DNA of 49,355 nucleotides from a virus. Taxonomy: Duplodnaviria > Caudoviricetes. The stretch lies in the IMG/VR virus record IMGVR_UViG_3300032212_000020, positions 1 through 49,355 of that record. One strand, written 5' to 3'. Below are positions 1 to 8,792 of this stretch, in pieces. Numbering within the stretch: the first letter of the stretch is position 1; every line of letters starts with the position of its first letter. Made by a program: the position numbers and the translations under genes. The notes below the pieces were generated by a model that saw nothing but the letters and a program-made list of their open reading frames with translations, was not told the origin of the DNA and searched no databases.

Positions 1-830
1 TCTCTCTGCAGCGCGCCGGGCTCCAGGCCACACAGATCCTCCCACGCCGCCATGTGCACCAGGCTGCTGAAGTAGGGCCCCGTCCCGTACAGCCCGTAGG
101 CGATACCGCCGTTGACCTCGACGAGCACCTGCCGTCCGTCCTCGAGCACGCCCACGTCCAGCGTCCAGGCCCGGGGCGCGTCCGGCCACGCAGCGATCAT
201 CTCGCGGATGCCGTCGGGCTGCCACGGCACCAGCGGGTCGCCCTTGTACGGGCCCACGTGCTGCACCTTGCCGTCGAGGATCACGCAGCGGAACTCGGAC
301 ACGAAGCGGGCCGGGCGCACCACCCACACCCGGGTCGTCTCCAGCAGGTGCGCCGTCATCGACCAGAGGGCGTCGGCATCGGCGGCCAGGAACCCGGTGA
401 AGAGTTTCGCGTCACCCTGAGGCTTCACGAAGCGCGGGGCCTGCGAAACGAGCCAGAATGCCTCCTCCAGCGTCGCAGACCGCGGCGCCCCGACCATGAA
501 CCGGCGCAGGGGCTGCGGGTAGGTCGCCCCCGGCGTCTGCGGGCGCCCCAGGACGCGCAGGGCGTCGTACACGGCGCGGAGGCCCCCAATGACCGGCGTG
601 CGCGGCGTGAGCTGCGCGGCGGCCTCGGGCGGGATGATGCCCGATGGCATCCCCGGCAGCACGGCGCCGACAGGGCCCGACGCGGCGGCCGTGCGAAGCG
701 GGCGGAGCTCCCACCCTCGGTCAGCGTAGCCCTGGGCGACGGCGGCCGTGTCGTAGTCGATGCCGGGGCGCCAGGCGCCGTCGAAGCCGTCGCGGGGTCC
801 GCACTGGACGAAGGCGGTGGGGCGAGTCAC
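1..830 (-). CDS. ATP-grasp protein, R2K clade (DUF4343-like); 3' end runs off the window
   Basis: Not in the ORF track. Manual translation from GTG 830 gives ...RFVKPQGDAKLFTG...SEFRCVILDGKV...YKGDP...PRAWTLDVGVLEDGRQVLVEVNGG..YGLYG, the ATP-grasp pattern FxKP / ExR / LDxG / xEVN. Confidence 0.75.
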   Translation of the reverse strand, partial: MTRPTAFVQCGPRDGFDGAWRPGIDYDTAAVAQGYADRGWELRPLRTAAASGPVGAVLPGMPSGIIPPEAAAQLTPRTPVIGGLRAVYDALRVLGRPQTPGATYPQPLRRFMVGAPRSATLEEAFWLVSQAPRFVKPQGDAKLFTGFLAADADALWSMTAHLLETTRVWVVRPARFVSEFRCVILDGKVQHVGPYKGDPLVPWQPDGIREMIAAWPDAPRAWTLDVGVLEDGRQVLVEVNGGIAYGLYGTGPYFSSLVHMAAWEDLCGLEPGALQR

Positions 831-1165
831 GATCCACCGTCCCGCACCACCCAGTTCCCTGCCTCCAGCGCGGAATACTCGATGATGCTGATCTCCAGCA
901 TGTCCGCCGCCCGCCGAGCCGACACCTTGAGCTCCCGCCGCAGTTTCCGGAGGGCGCGACCCGCGGGGAACGGGACCTCCACCGGCTTGCGCTTCGGCCA
1001 TCCACCCGGTGGCGGGTTCATGGTGTGATGCGGTGAGCCCGTGCCATCTCCGGGGCACCCACAGGCGCGACCGCCCCAGACGATGCCGGATGCGCAGTGC
1101 CGGGTGTGGCCGGCGGCGCACAGCGCGTCGACTTCCTTGCGGGTCTCGTTCTCGGGGTCAGTCAT
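827..1165 (-). CDS. Small protein with Cys/His N-terminus and C-terminal XRE-type HTH
   Basis: GRALRKLRRELKVSARRAADMLEISIIEYSALEAG; overlaps both neighbours. Confidence 0.6.
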   Translation of the reverse strand: MTDPENETRKEVDALCAAGHTRHCASGIVWGGRACGCPGDGTGSPHHTMNPPPGGWPKRKPVEVPFPAGRALRKLRRELKVSARRAADMLEISIIEYSALEAGNWVVRDGGS

Positions 1166-1607
1166 TGGTCGCCCGGAACCCGAGAACCAGTCGGCTGACC
1201 TGCCGCAGCGCGACCACCAGCGACGAGTCGGCCGCAGCCTTCACGTCGGCCTTCCGGCGGAAGGCCATGACGAGCCAGGTCCCATCGGACTGGAGAAGCA
1301 TCTCGACGCGATTGCCGCCCTCTTGCAGCCCCTCAATCAGCGAGCCGACGATAGCGTGCTCAGCATCCACGCCCTCGGCCTCCCTGATGGCCTCCACCGT
1401 GTAGGCCAGGTTCCCAGCCTCCGCGACGAGCCGCGCGTCAGCCTCGCGCCCGCATTCGGCGACGATAGCGAGGCCCATCCGGACCTCCCATCGGCCGCCG
1501 TGCTCCTCGACGGTCCACGGCCTGGAGTCGTCAGCCTCGGACGCCTCACGCAGGGCTCGCGCTTTGGCGGCAGGGATGAGCCGGGCGCGGTTGATGGTGT
1601 CGCTCAT
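1158..1607 (-). CDS. Hypothetical phage protein
   Basis: Coupled ORF in the leftward operon; shares the RVE..QSDG.WLV motif with the upstream gene. Confidence 0.7.
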   Translation of the reverse strand: MSDTINRARLIPAAKARALREASEADDSRPWTVEEHGGRWEVRMGLAIVAECGREADARLVAEAGNLAYTVEAIREAEGVDAEHAIVGSLIEGLQEGGNRVEMLLQSDGTWLVMAFRRKADVKAAADSSLVVALRQVSRLVLGFRATND

Positions 1608-2263
1608 CCTGCCCGCTCCTTGCGCAGTTCCGCGACCGCGTCGACGGCGTCCTCGACCGTGAGGCCGCCAGCCTCGATGGGGTCATCCCCGTGCTTGAGG
1701 TTGCGCACGAGCCATGCGCCATCCGACTGCTCCTGCACCTCAACTCGCCAGCCATCACCGCAGAGAGCTGCGATGCTGGACCTGGGAGCCACCAGGCCGT
1801 GTCGCGTCTGGCTGAACGCAACAACGGTTCCGGCCGGCTCGTCGAGGAGGATGTGGGCCGCAGCGCGGACCATGGCCAGCTCCAGCGGGACCCCGTGAAA
1901 GTCCATGGTCAGGTCGTCGTCGTCGTCATCGATCGCCCCCACGGTCACCGTGTAGTGGTTCTCGAAGTCCCCCCGGATGATGGGGTCGTGGTCGTGAATG
2001 ACGTCGTACAGCAACTCCAGCCAGCCATACCCGCCGATCGCCGGGAGCCACCGCTTCCCGTCGTCGGAGAGCCAGGAGAAGCGCCCCTTCGGACCGGAGA
2101 CCATGGCCAGGGCCGCGCTTGGGGCCTCGTCTGGCGGGGCCGGCACCACGGAGCCGCGGGGCAGCGCGGGGAGCAGCCGCAAGGCACACTCCATCCCGTC
2201 CACTCCGCCCATCGCGTGGATGAACACGTCGCTCCGAACCTTGTCGATCTTGTCACTGTGCAT
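1604..2263 (-). CDS. Hypothetical phage protein
   Basis: Start MHSDKIDK with upstream GGGAG; stop overlaps the next start. Confidence 0.7.
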   Translation of the reverse strand: MHSDKIDKVRSDVFIHAMGGVDGMECALRLLPALPRGSVVPAPPDEAPSAALAMVSGPKGRFSWLSDDGKRWLPAIGGYGWLELLYDVIHDHDPIIRGDFENHYTVTVGAIDDDDDDLTMDFHGVPLELAMVRAAAHILLDEPAGTVVAFSQTRHGLVAPRSSIAALCGDGWRVEVQEQSDGAWLVRNLKHGDDPIEAGGLTVEDAVDAVAELRKERAG

Positions 2264-2678
2264 CGCTGCTCCCATGTGCTGCCTGTGAAGGTCCGCCAGC
2301 CCGCCGCCCTCGCCAGTCGAGGACGAACCCAAGCCACCGCTCCTCGGGGGCCGCGTCGAGGATCGACATGGTCGAGAAGGGCACGGCGAAATCGCGGAGG
2401 ATCTCTGCGATGGCCCTCGAGCCGGCGCGGTTCGCGCTGGAGATGGCGACCGGACACCCCCGTGGCCCGAAGACCTCCCGCGCGTAGTGCTGGCCGTTCC
2501 ATCCGGGCATGTCGTGGTCGAGGAACGCGCAGCAGACCCGGCCGGAGTCCAGCAGGATCTCCGCGGCGCCGGGGTCGCAGACGACGGCGACAACGAGGCC
2601 ATGGGGTGCGAGGCGCTGGGCCAGGTGGGCGTACCGCTCGGGCTGGTCGTCGACAGCAAGGATGATGTCGCGGGTCAT
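2253..2678 (-). CDS. Stand-alone receiver domain, cyclic-phosphate-processing (cREC)-like
   Basis: ILAVDDQPER...FLDHDMPGWNG...ISSANRAG; LDHD and SANxxG are typical of cREC rather than canonical CheY. Confidence 0.7.
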   Translation of the reverse strand: MTRDIILAVDDQPERYAHLAQRLAPHGLVVAVVCDPGAAEILLDSGRVCCAFLDHDMPGWNGQHYAREVFGPRGCPVAISSANRAGSRAIAEILRDFAVPFSTMSILDAAPEERWLGFVLDWRGRRAGGPSQAAHGSSDAQ

Positions 2679-3763
2679 GGGGTCGACTCCGCGGCGTGCA
2701 GGGCGGCACGCGCCCCGACCCAGGTGCAGTCGTCCTCGTGAGGGAACGCCGCGCGCCACTCCGCCACGTCGGGTCCGAAGTTGGGGTCCGGGTGGTACGC
2801 CTTGCCGTAGCAGAACTGACAGAAGGCGTCGTCGGTGCGGTACTGGATGGCGTCCATGTCGGCGATGAAGGTGCGGAGGCGCACGTTCTCGGACCGCAAG
2901 TCGTCTCGCTCGGCCGCAAGCCTGTCTCCGTCCGCGACCAGCCCCTCGATCTCCCGCTGGAACCGGAGGATGTCCCAGGCTTCCATGAGGGAGGCCGCCG
3001 CCTTCACGATGTCCTGCTCGCGGTCTGTGGGACCCGTGACGACGCACGCCATCAGGTCGCCCGCGGACTGCGTCAGCCCCACACGGAACGTCAACTCGTC
3101 ATCGCGCACAGCATGGTGCTCCACCACATCGCGGAGTCGGTCGCGCTCCTTCCGCGCCTCGTCCCGCTCCTTGATGGCCACGCCACCGAACTTGAACTCG
3201 CCCTCCAGCCGTTCCTTCGTCTCGGTCAGCTCGTGCTGCAGACGAAGCGACTCCCCCTCGGCCGCCTGGGCGCGCCGGTGCATGACCCGCGCGCGTGCGA
3301 CGGCTTCATCCCGCCCTGCCGCGACCCGCTCGACGCGGATCGCGTTGTCGGTAGCCTCCATCGCGGCCTTCCCCGCCGGAAGACAGGCCTCGCCGCGCTC
3401 CCGCAGCGCGGTGTCCCGCTGCCGCTCCACCACCCCAAGCGCCTGCGTGAACGCCCGCTGCTGGTCGGCCGTGATGCGTCGGAGCGCCAGCGCGGATCCC
3501 GCGTAGTCGGTGAGCTCGGCCCAGAGGTCGACGACCAAGCCCCGCAACCGGGAGCACTCCTGCCGGGCCGCGTCTCGTTGGGTCTCCCTCCGGCCCGCCA
3601 CCACGCCCGTGTTGACGGCCGACTCCGAGACCGAAGGCAGGGCCTCGCGAAGCCGCACCACCTCCGGCACGTCCGTGATATCCACGGTCAGCCGCTCGGC
3701 GTGCGCCAGGTAGACGCGCTGCCGGGGCGTCAGGGCGACGGTGACGAGGATGCGATCAGGCAT
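2675..3763 (-). CDS. Coiled-coil phage protein with C-terminal Cys/His motif
   Basis: Repeated ERD/ERDEAR heptads; CQFC...HEDDC; coupled to neighbours. Confidence 0.7.
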   Translation of the reverse strand: MPDRILVTVALTPRQRVYLAHAERLTVDITDVPEVVRLREALPSVSESAVNTGVVAGRRETQRDAARQECSRLRGLVVDLWAELTDYAGSALALRRITADQQRAFTQALGVVERQRDTALRERGEACLPAGKAAMEATDNAIRVERVAAGRDEAVARARVMHRRAQAAEGESLRLQHELTETKERLEGEFKFGGVAIKERDEARKERDRLRDVVEHHAVRDDELTFRVGLTQSAGDLMACVVTGPTDREQDIVKAAASLMEAWDILRFQREIEGLVADGDRLAAERDDLRSENVRLRTFIADMDAIQYRTDDAFCQFCYGKAYHPDPNFGPDVAEWRAAFPHEDDCTWVGARAALHAAESTP

Positions 3764-3998
3764 CTCGGGCCCCCTTGGCGGCCGCTGTGTGCCACTGCCA
3801 GTGCCTCTTCGCGGTGTCGGGGCACCAGCCGATGGCTCTGCCGATGGCAGGCCAGCCCTCGCCGTCCGCGAGCATGCGCTCGATGGTCGGGACGTGACCC
3901 TGTGCGGAGAGGCCGAACGTGACGGTCACCCCTGCCTCACCCAGGATGTCGCCGAGCTGCTCCAGCGGGGTGCGCCCTCGGGGCTTCGTCTCAGACAT
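3756..3998 (-). CDS. Small HTH-like hypothetical protein
   Basis: IERMLADGEGWPAIGRAIGWCPDTAKRHW. Confidence 0.6.
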   Translation of the reverse strand: MSETKPRGRTPLEQLGDILGEAGVTVTFGLSAQGHVPTIERMLADGEGWPAIGRAIGWCPDTAKRHWQWHTAAAKGARDA

Positions 3999-4779
3999 CA
4001 GCCACCTCCCCAGCGAGCACCACCGCCCGCCCCAGATGCGCCTCGATGCGCTCGAACACGGCCGGGAACGCTACACGGGCGGCCCGCATGGCCTCCTCAG
4101 GCGTCACCGCAGCCATGACCACGAACGACGAGCAGCAGTTGCCTCGCCGGTCCTCGCTGCGGTCCCACAGCGTCAGCAGCGTCATGGGCTGGCCGCGGTG
4201 GTCCTCGCCGGCCCAGTGCCAGGCGCGGCCCTCGACCTGCGGGCCGTGGCGGTCGCGCTTCCTGTACTCCCTGGTCCAGGGGTACAGGCCGCCAGCGCCC
4301 GGACGCACCTCGTGGAGATGGAGAGCCAGGGTGCGTTCGACGTCGAATCGGTCGCCCCCGAAGCGGCCCCGCAGGAAGTGCCCGGCGCCCGTGCCCGGCC
4401 AGACGCCGTAGAACAGCACCTCCGGCGGGCGCGCGGGCTTCGCCCACTCCCCACCCAGCCGCCGCTCCTCCACCGGCTGGCCCAGGCGCTCAGCCTCTCG
4501 CATGCCGGCCATCATCCCGGAGCTGAAGCCGAGGTCGGCGTAGAAGACCCGCGCGTCCATCTTGGCGCCGATGGCGAACCCGGCAGCGATGCCGCGGGCG
4601 CGCTCCTCGGGCACGTCGTCCCGCAGGACCCCGGGCTGGGTGTAGAGGCCGTGCGAGGCGAACGGGGCCTCACCGCGGCGCAGGCAGTCCGCCATGCAGG
4701 CGCGGAGGTAGCGGGCGTTGCGGTCGATGTCGCCGGCGTAGGGGGACTCGAGGACCACGGTGCGGAAGGGCTCAGCCAT
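3991..4779 (-). CDS. DUF4406-like (nucleoside deoxyribosyltransferase-fold) domain fused to an unknown C-terminal domain
   Basis: VVLESPYAGDIDRN...GEAPFASHGLY...DLGFSSGM...; second domain VLFYGVW...WDRSEDRRGNCCSSF. Confidence 0.65.
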   Translation of the reverse strand: MAEPFRTVVLESPYAGDIDRNARYLRACMADCLRRGEAPFASHGLYTQPGVLRDDVPEERARGIAAGFAIGAKMDARVFYADLGFSSGMMAGMREAERLGQPVEERRLGGEWAKPARPPEVLFYGVWPGTGAGHFLRGRFGGDRFDVERTLALHLHEVRPGAGGLYPWTREYRKRDRHGPQVEGRAWHWAGEDHRGQPMTLLTLWDRSEDRRGNCCSSFVVMAAVTPEEAMRAARVAFPAVFERIEAHLGRAVVLAGEVADV

Positions 4780-5161
4780 GGGGGGCCTCCAGCGCGGCGC
4801 GGGCCTCTTCCAGCACGGCACCGACCGGGCACCGCTCACCGGGATCGAGCCGCAGGTAGCCGTGCGCTTGGCATCCCCCGTGATGGTCGAACCGACACGC
4901 CGCGTCGGTGTCCATGTGCTCGCGCCAGAGGTCGACCGCGCGCCGGAGGATGAGGGCGAGGCGGTCGCGCTCCCTTTCGGTCCGGTCCAGCCTCTCCGCC
5001 AGCGGCAGCGCGAACCGCTCCAGCGTCGTGGCGTGCCGCAGGTCGTCGTGCGCCTGCTTCGTGTTGCCCCCGTTCTCCGCGGCCTGGGCGGTGCGGCGAT
5101 GGAGCGCGATCAGGTCGGTGATGCGCTGGGTCTCGGTCTGGGTGGTGTCAGCCACGTCCAT
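4772..5161 (-). CDS. Hypothetical protein with CxFDHHGxCQAH metal-binding motif
   Basis: Strong GAGGAGG upstream; CRFDHHGGCQAHGY...CP. Confidence 0.7.
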   Translation of the reverse strand: MDVADTTQTETQRITDLIALHRRTAQAAENGGNTKQAHDDLRHATTLERFALPLAERLDRTERERDRLALILRRAVDLWREHMDTDAACRFDHHGGCQAHGYLRLDPGERCPVGAVLEEARAALEAPHG

Positions 5162-5312
5162 CCTCCTCGGGGCCACGGCCCTTGTGCTTCCGGCACCGCG
5201 GCACCTGCCGCGTGCGCCATGTCGAGTTCGTGTGCGCGCCGGCCCCAGCCCCACCTCGGCGGCGGCGCAGCTCGGCGGCGGGGCGCGCCGAGGCGCCGAG
5301 CCGGTGGCTCAG

Positions 5313-5499
5313 GCTGTGCCACTTGCTGTGCCACTTCTGCGGCAGATCCAGGCCCACAGCGGCGTTCCGAGGTGGCACAGTATTCGAGAACGCCCTGCTG
5401 GTGCGGGTCGCTACAGCGACCGCACACCGGCGTGATGTTCTGCACTCGCGCGCTGGTCGGCTTTCTCGCCACTTGTGCCACCTTGTTGTGCCAGTTCTG
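5313..5499. repeat. Cluster of TGTGCCA repeats flanking a hairpin
   Basis: GCTGTGCCACTT tandem at 5313 and 5325; inverted copy 5370-5380; TTGTGCCACCTT 5473; TTGTGCCAGTT 5486; hairpin ~5401-5425. Confidence 0.8.
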
Positions 5500-5513
5500 C
5501 ACAGAATCCGGCC

Positions 5514-5699
5514 TCAGCCCTCGCCCTTCTGGCGCTCCCGTGCCCACCTGTTGAGCACGTCGCCGCGGGTCCTCTCGCCCCCCTTCTTGTCGCCGTCCAC
5601 CGCCTCCCGGGTCTCCGGGTCGACCCACGCCTCCATACGCACGCGGGGGCGCTTGCCCCGCAGCGGGCGGCCGGTCGTCGGCTTGGCGTCCGTCGTCAT
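5514..5699 (-). CDS. Ribbon-helix-helix (CopG/Arc-like) DNA-binding protein
   Basis: GRPLRGKRPRVRMEAWVDPETREAVDG...TRGDVLNRWARE; GGAG SD. Confidence 0.6.
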   Translation of the reverse strand: MTTDAKPTTGRPLRGKRPRVRMEAWVDPETREAVDGDKKGGERTRGDVLNRWARERQKGEG

Positions 5700-5721
5700 G
5701 CACTCCACTTACCCCCGGTGG

Positions 5722-5889
5722 TTACTTCTCGCCATACTGCGACCTCCACGGCCCGGGCACCACGTCTCCCGCGGGGAGCTTGCCGACCAGGACGAACGGG
5801 CCGTGCTTGTGGAGGACCGCGTCGAGGGCGTCGTCCACCGTGCGCTGGTTCGTGAAGTGCGGGGCGGCGCAGACGATGACGCGGATCAC
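5722..5889 (-). pseudogene. Truncated SLOG/YspA (DUF2493)-like gene fragment
   Basis: 55-aa ORF MIRVIVCAAPHFTNQRTVDDALDAVLHKHGPFVLV resembles the SLOG N-terminus but stops before the GGAxGAD motif. Confidence 0.4.
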
Positions 5890-7052
5890 GAGCCACCCCC
5901 GAATAGGCCCGTCTGCCGCGGGTCCCGCTTGCGCACGTCCTCGCCTCGGAGTTGCCGAACGACCGCGCCGAGGTAGTCCCGGCCGTCTTGGTCGATCTCA
6001 CAGGTCACGACCTGCCGCGCCTCGTCGGGTTCTGCTCGGGCCATCCACTCGGCGGCTACGGCCTCGCGGCATGTGCCTCCGAAGGGAGTCCAACACCTCT
6101 CACCGGGCCGGCTGCTCGCTCGGATGATGCGGTCGGAGAAAGCAAGGGGCTTTTGACATGCGTGGAGAGTCGCGCCGTCGTCCCCGCGCAGGCGCTCGGC
6201 CCCCGTGACCTGGCCGTGCCTCCAGACATTCGACACCCCGAGCGGGGCGGTGAACGCCGGCCGGCTGGCCTCGTACTCGGCGCGGAGGTGGTCGTACTCG
6301 GCGCGGAGGTGGTCGTACTCGGCGCGGAGGTGGTCGTAGGAGGCGCGGAGCCCGCCAGCCGGCCACACGGACGGGTGGACGAGGTAGGGGCGGTCTCGGG
6401 GCGCCCCATGCTCTGCGGCGTAGGTCGCGAGCTGCTGGTACGCCTCCCACGTCGGTAGCCACCACTGGTCGGCCGGGAAGTAGTGCCGCGACGCCTGACA
6501 CTTGACGCCGCACGCGGTATCAGCCTCTCGGCGCTTGAGCCCTGCTCCCTCCCACTCTGCGATCAGGAAGGCGCGCGCCATGTTGCGATCATCGGCCCCG
6601 GCGGCGTATGCGATCTCCTGCCCCGCACACGTCGACGGCGCCCACGCCTCGCGCTGGTAGAAGCCGCACACCTCGGTCACGTCGTACCAAGACCGCAGAC
6701 CCTTCACGTCGCACTTGCCGGCCATGAACCCGACGCCCTTGTCCCACGTCACCAGCGACCGGAACACCCACCCCCGCCCCACGATGCCCGGGTGCAACGT
6801 CGCCCACCCTTCGATCGTGTTCCAGACGTAGAGCGACGCGGACGGGGCGCAGAGCCGGCCCACGTCGTCGAGGTGGGGCGCGTACCACTCGGGGAGGTCG
6901 CGCACCTTGACGCCGTCCCACACCTTCGACTTGCCGAGGCCGTAGGCCCCATCGAGGATGGCGAGACTGAACGAGCCCGCCGCCTGCTCGGCCGCGACCT
7001 GTCGCGCGTCGGCTCGGTGGATGGTGTTGACCTTCGATTCGTAGACGATCAT
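5886..7052 (-). CDS. DNA N4/N6 methyltransferase (beta-class-like), divergent motifs
   Basis: SFSLAILDGAY (motif IV), VTWDK, HACQKP, SSRPGERCWTPFGGT (motif I). Confidence 0.85.
   Translation of the reverse strand: MIVYESKVNTIHRADARQVAAEQAAGSFSLAILDGAYGLGKSKVWDGVKVRDLPEWYAPHLDDVGRLCAPSASLYVWNTIEGWATLHPGIVGRGWVFRSLVTWDKGVGFMAGKCDVKGLRSWYDVTEVCGFYQREAWAPSTCAGQEIAYAAGADDRNMARAFLIAEWEGAGLKRREADTACGVKCQASRHYFPADQWWLPTWEAYQQLATYAAEHGAPRDRPYLVHPSVWPAGGLRASYDHLRAEYDHLRAEYDHLRAEYEASRPAFTAPLGVSNVWRHGQVTGAERLRGDDGATLHACQKPLAFSDRIIRASSRPGERCWTPFGGTCREAVAAEWMARAEPDEARQVVTCEIDQDGRDYLGAVVRQLRGEDVRKRDPRQTGLFGGGS
6271..6350. repeat. 21-bp coding tandem repeat (EYDHLRA heptad)
   Basis: TCGTACTCGGCGCGGAGGTGG in three perfect copies (6271, 6292, 6313) plus a degenerate fourth. 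Confidence 0.95.
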
Positions 7053-7699
7053 CCCCGCCCCCAAGTCTGACCCGTCCGCCAGTTGAGCCGCGCCAACCGC
7101 ATCCGGCCGCGCCACTTCCCAGCGCGTCGAAGCCAGGTCACGATCGCGTACTCGCGCATGTCCGTCCCTTTCGGCTTGCCCGTCCGATCGAAGCCCATTC
7201 GCGGCGTCAGCCAGCACAGTTCGTCCGGCGGGGTCTCGGTCCACATCCGGTCACGGGCGGTCCTGTCGTTGCGGTTCCCGGCCGGGGCGAGCGACTGGCC
7301 GACCATCAGGAGCGAGACGCCGACGCGGGCGTGCTCGAGGAGCACGGGCAACACCTCGTCGAAGATGGAGAAGGGGCCGTTCGTGACGATCCAGTCCGCC
7401 ACGCCGCCGGGTGGCCCGTCGAAGGCATCCCGCCGGGGGACCCGGCCCGACCGCACCGTGGGCGCCCCCGGGTCGAGCTCTCCCGCGACGACCTTGTCCC
7501 AGTGCCGGCAGTGCTGCCACGCGTCCATGTACGCCCCGGCCCCGGCGAACGGCTCCCACATCACCAGCGGGTCGGACCCGAGGCAGTAGCGGCGCCCGAG
7601 GTACTCGACGTGGGCCCGCGCGACCGCCGGGTCCGTGTACGCGACGTCCGGGTGGGCCTTCGGGGCGGGCGGAAGCGCCATCGGCAGGAGCAGGGTCAT
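7049..7699 (-). CDS. Small phage DNA adenine methyltransferase-like protein
   Basis: DVAYTDP...MWEPFAGAG...GELD...WIVTNGPFS. Confidence 0.75.
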   Translation of the reverse strand: MTLLLPMALPPAPKAHPDVAYTDPAVARAHVEYLGRRYCLGSDPLVMWEPFAGAGAYMDAWQHCRHWDKVVAGELDPGAPTVRSGRVPRRDAFDGPPGGVADWIVTNGPFSIFDEVLPVLLEHARVGVSLLMVGQSLAPAGNRNDRTARDRMWTETPPDELCWLTPRMGFDRTGKPKGTDMREYAIVTWLRRAGKWRGRMRLARLNWRTGQTWGRG

Positions 7700-8217
7700 G
7701 GCGTCCACTCCGAGAGCCTGAGACGGCTCGGCAGGTAGAGGGGGTGCGACGGGTGGCCCGCCTTCGTGGTCCGAAGGCAGAGCAGCTGGGCCCGCTGCAG
7801 CTCGGGGAGGAGCACGGCGGCGCGAGCGGTCGCGCGAGGATGGGCGCCCCAGGCGCAGACGAGGCCGGGGCAGTCCGGCGCCGTCGAGAGGTCCACCGCC
7901 CAGCGGATGGCGTCGAGCTCGTCCTCGGTCGGGGCATCGGGGGTCTCGCCGCGCAGCACAGACGGGTTCGGGTCGATGACCGAGAAGACGTTGACGACGA
8001 CGAACGCCTGGAGCCCGTGCGCCTCGGTGAAGCTGCGGCAGCGCCGGAGCGTCGGGTCGAGGTTGTCGCGGTAGGCCTCGGAGCCCGCCAGCGACGGGTT
8101 GCACATCGCCCACGGCAACGCGGGACCGGGGCCCCACCGGCACTCCAGGCGGTAGCGGTGGGCGTGGTCCAGCGAGAAGTCGGCGGTGATGGTCGTGCGG
8201 GGGCGCGGGGGCGTCAT
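7696..8217 (-). CDS. DUF1643 family protein
   Basis: RYRLECRW...MCNPSLA...DPTLRRC...VVNVF...VCAWG...TKAGHPSHPLY. Confidence 0.9.
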   Translation of the reverse strand: MTPPRPRTTITADFSLDHAHRYRLECRWGPGPALPWAMCNPSLAGSEAYRDNLDPTLRRCRSFTEAHGLQAFVVVNVFSVIDPNPSVLRGETPDAPTEDELDAIRWAVDLSTAPDCPGLVCAWGAHPRATARAAVLLPELQRAQLLCLRTTKAGHPSHPLYLPSRLRLSEWTP

Positions 8218-8792
8218 GCTGCCTCCTTCGGCGTCTTGTTCGACTTGCCGAACAGTTGGGCCTGCGGACAGTCCTCTCGCAGGGTCGGGGGTTCGACCAC
8301 GCGCCCACGCGGAGGATTCAACTCCCGCTCCCACCGCACCTTGTCGCTCAGTGGATGCGTGTTGTTGCGGGCGGCACCGTCAGCCCGCCGCCAAGCGCGG
8401 CCGTCGACCAAAGCGGCGGGAACCCACCCAGCACCACGAAGCGACGCGCCCGACTCTGTCGTGAGCGTGTACGTCTGGATGCGGACATAGCCGAGCGCTC
8501 GTCCGACCTTTGCCGCAGCTCCAAGCAGTGCAGAGCAGGCGTTCGGGGTCCCGTCGGTCGCAACTCGAAGGACCTCGAGTACCTCAAGCTTCGGCACGGC
8601 CCGCGCAACGGGACGCCCGACGATGGCGACGCCCCGGATCATGCCAGTGGGACCGACCGCGGCGACGGAGAACCGGTGATTGAGCACTGGGGCATGGTGG
8701 CGGTGGAGCGCACCCACGACCGCGTTGGCGGTCTTCAGTTCGATAGGGAGCACGCGCAAGCGGACGGAGCCCTCTGGGCGATGGCGTGTCAT
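8214..8792 (-). CDS. XF1762-family protein (probable GNAT-like fold)
   Basis: ANAVVGALHRHH...GVAIVGRPVAR...LEVLRVATDGTPNACSALLGAA...TYTLTTESGASLRGAGW. Confidence 0.8.
   Translation of the reverse strand: MTRHRPEGSVRLRVLPIELKTANAVVGALHRHHAPVLNHRFSVAAVGPTGMIRGVAIVGRPVARAVPKLEVLEVLRVATDGTPNACSALLGAAAKVGRALGYVRIQTYTLTTESGASLRGAGWVPAALVDGRAWRRADGAARNNTHPLSDKVRWERELNPPRGRVVEPPTLREDCPQAQLFGKSNKTPKEAA

Noticed and set aside
520-535. Apparent frameshift in the ATP-grasp gene
   Set aside because: Recounting the C5 run shows the minus-strand frame is continuous from 830 to the edge
6271-6350. Possible CRISPR array
   Set aside because: Repeats are contiguous with no spacers and are in frame within the MTase; no cas genes
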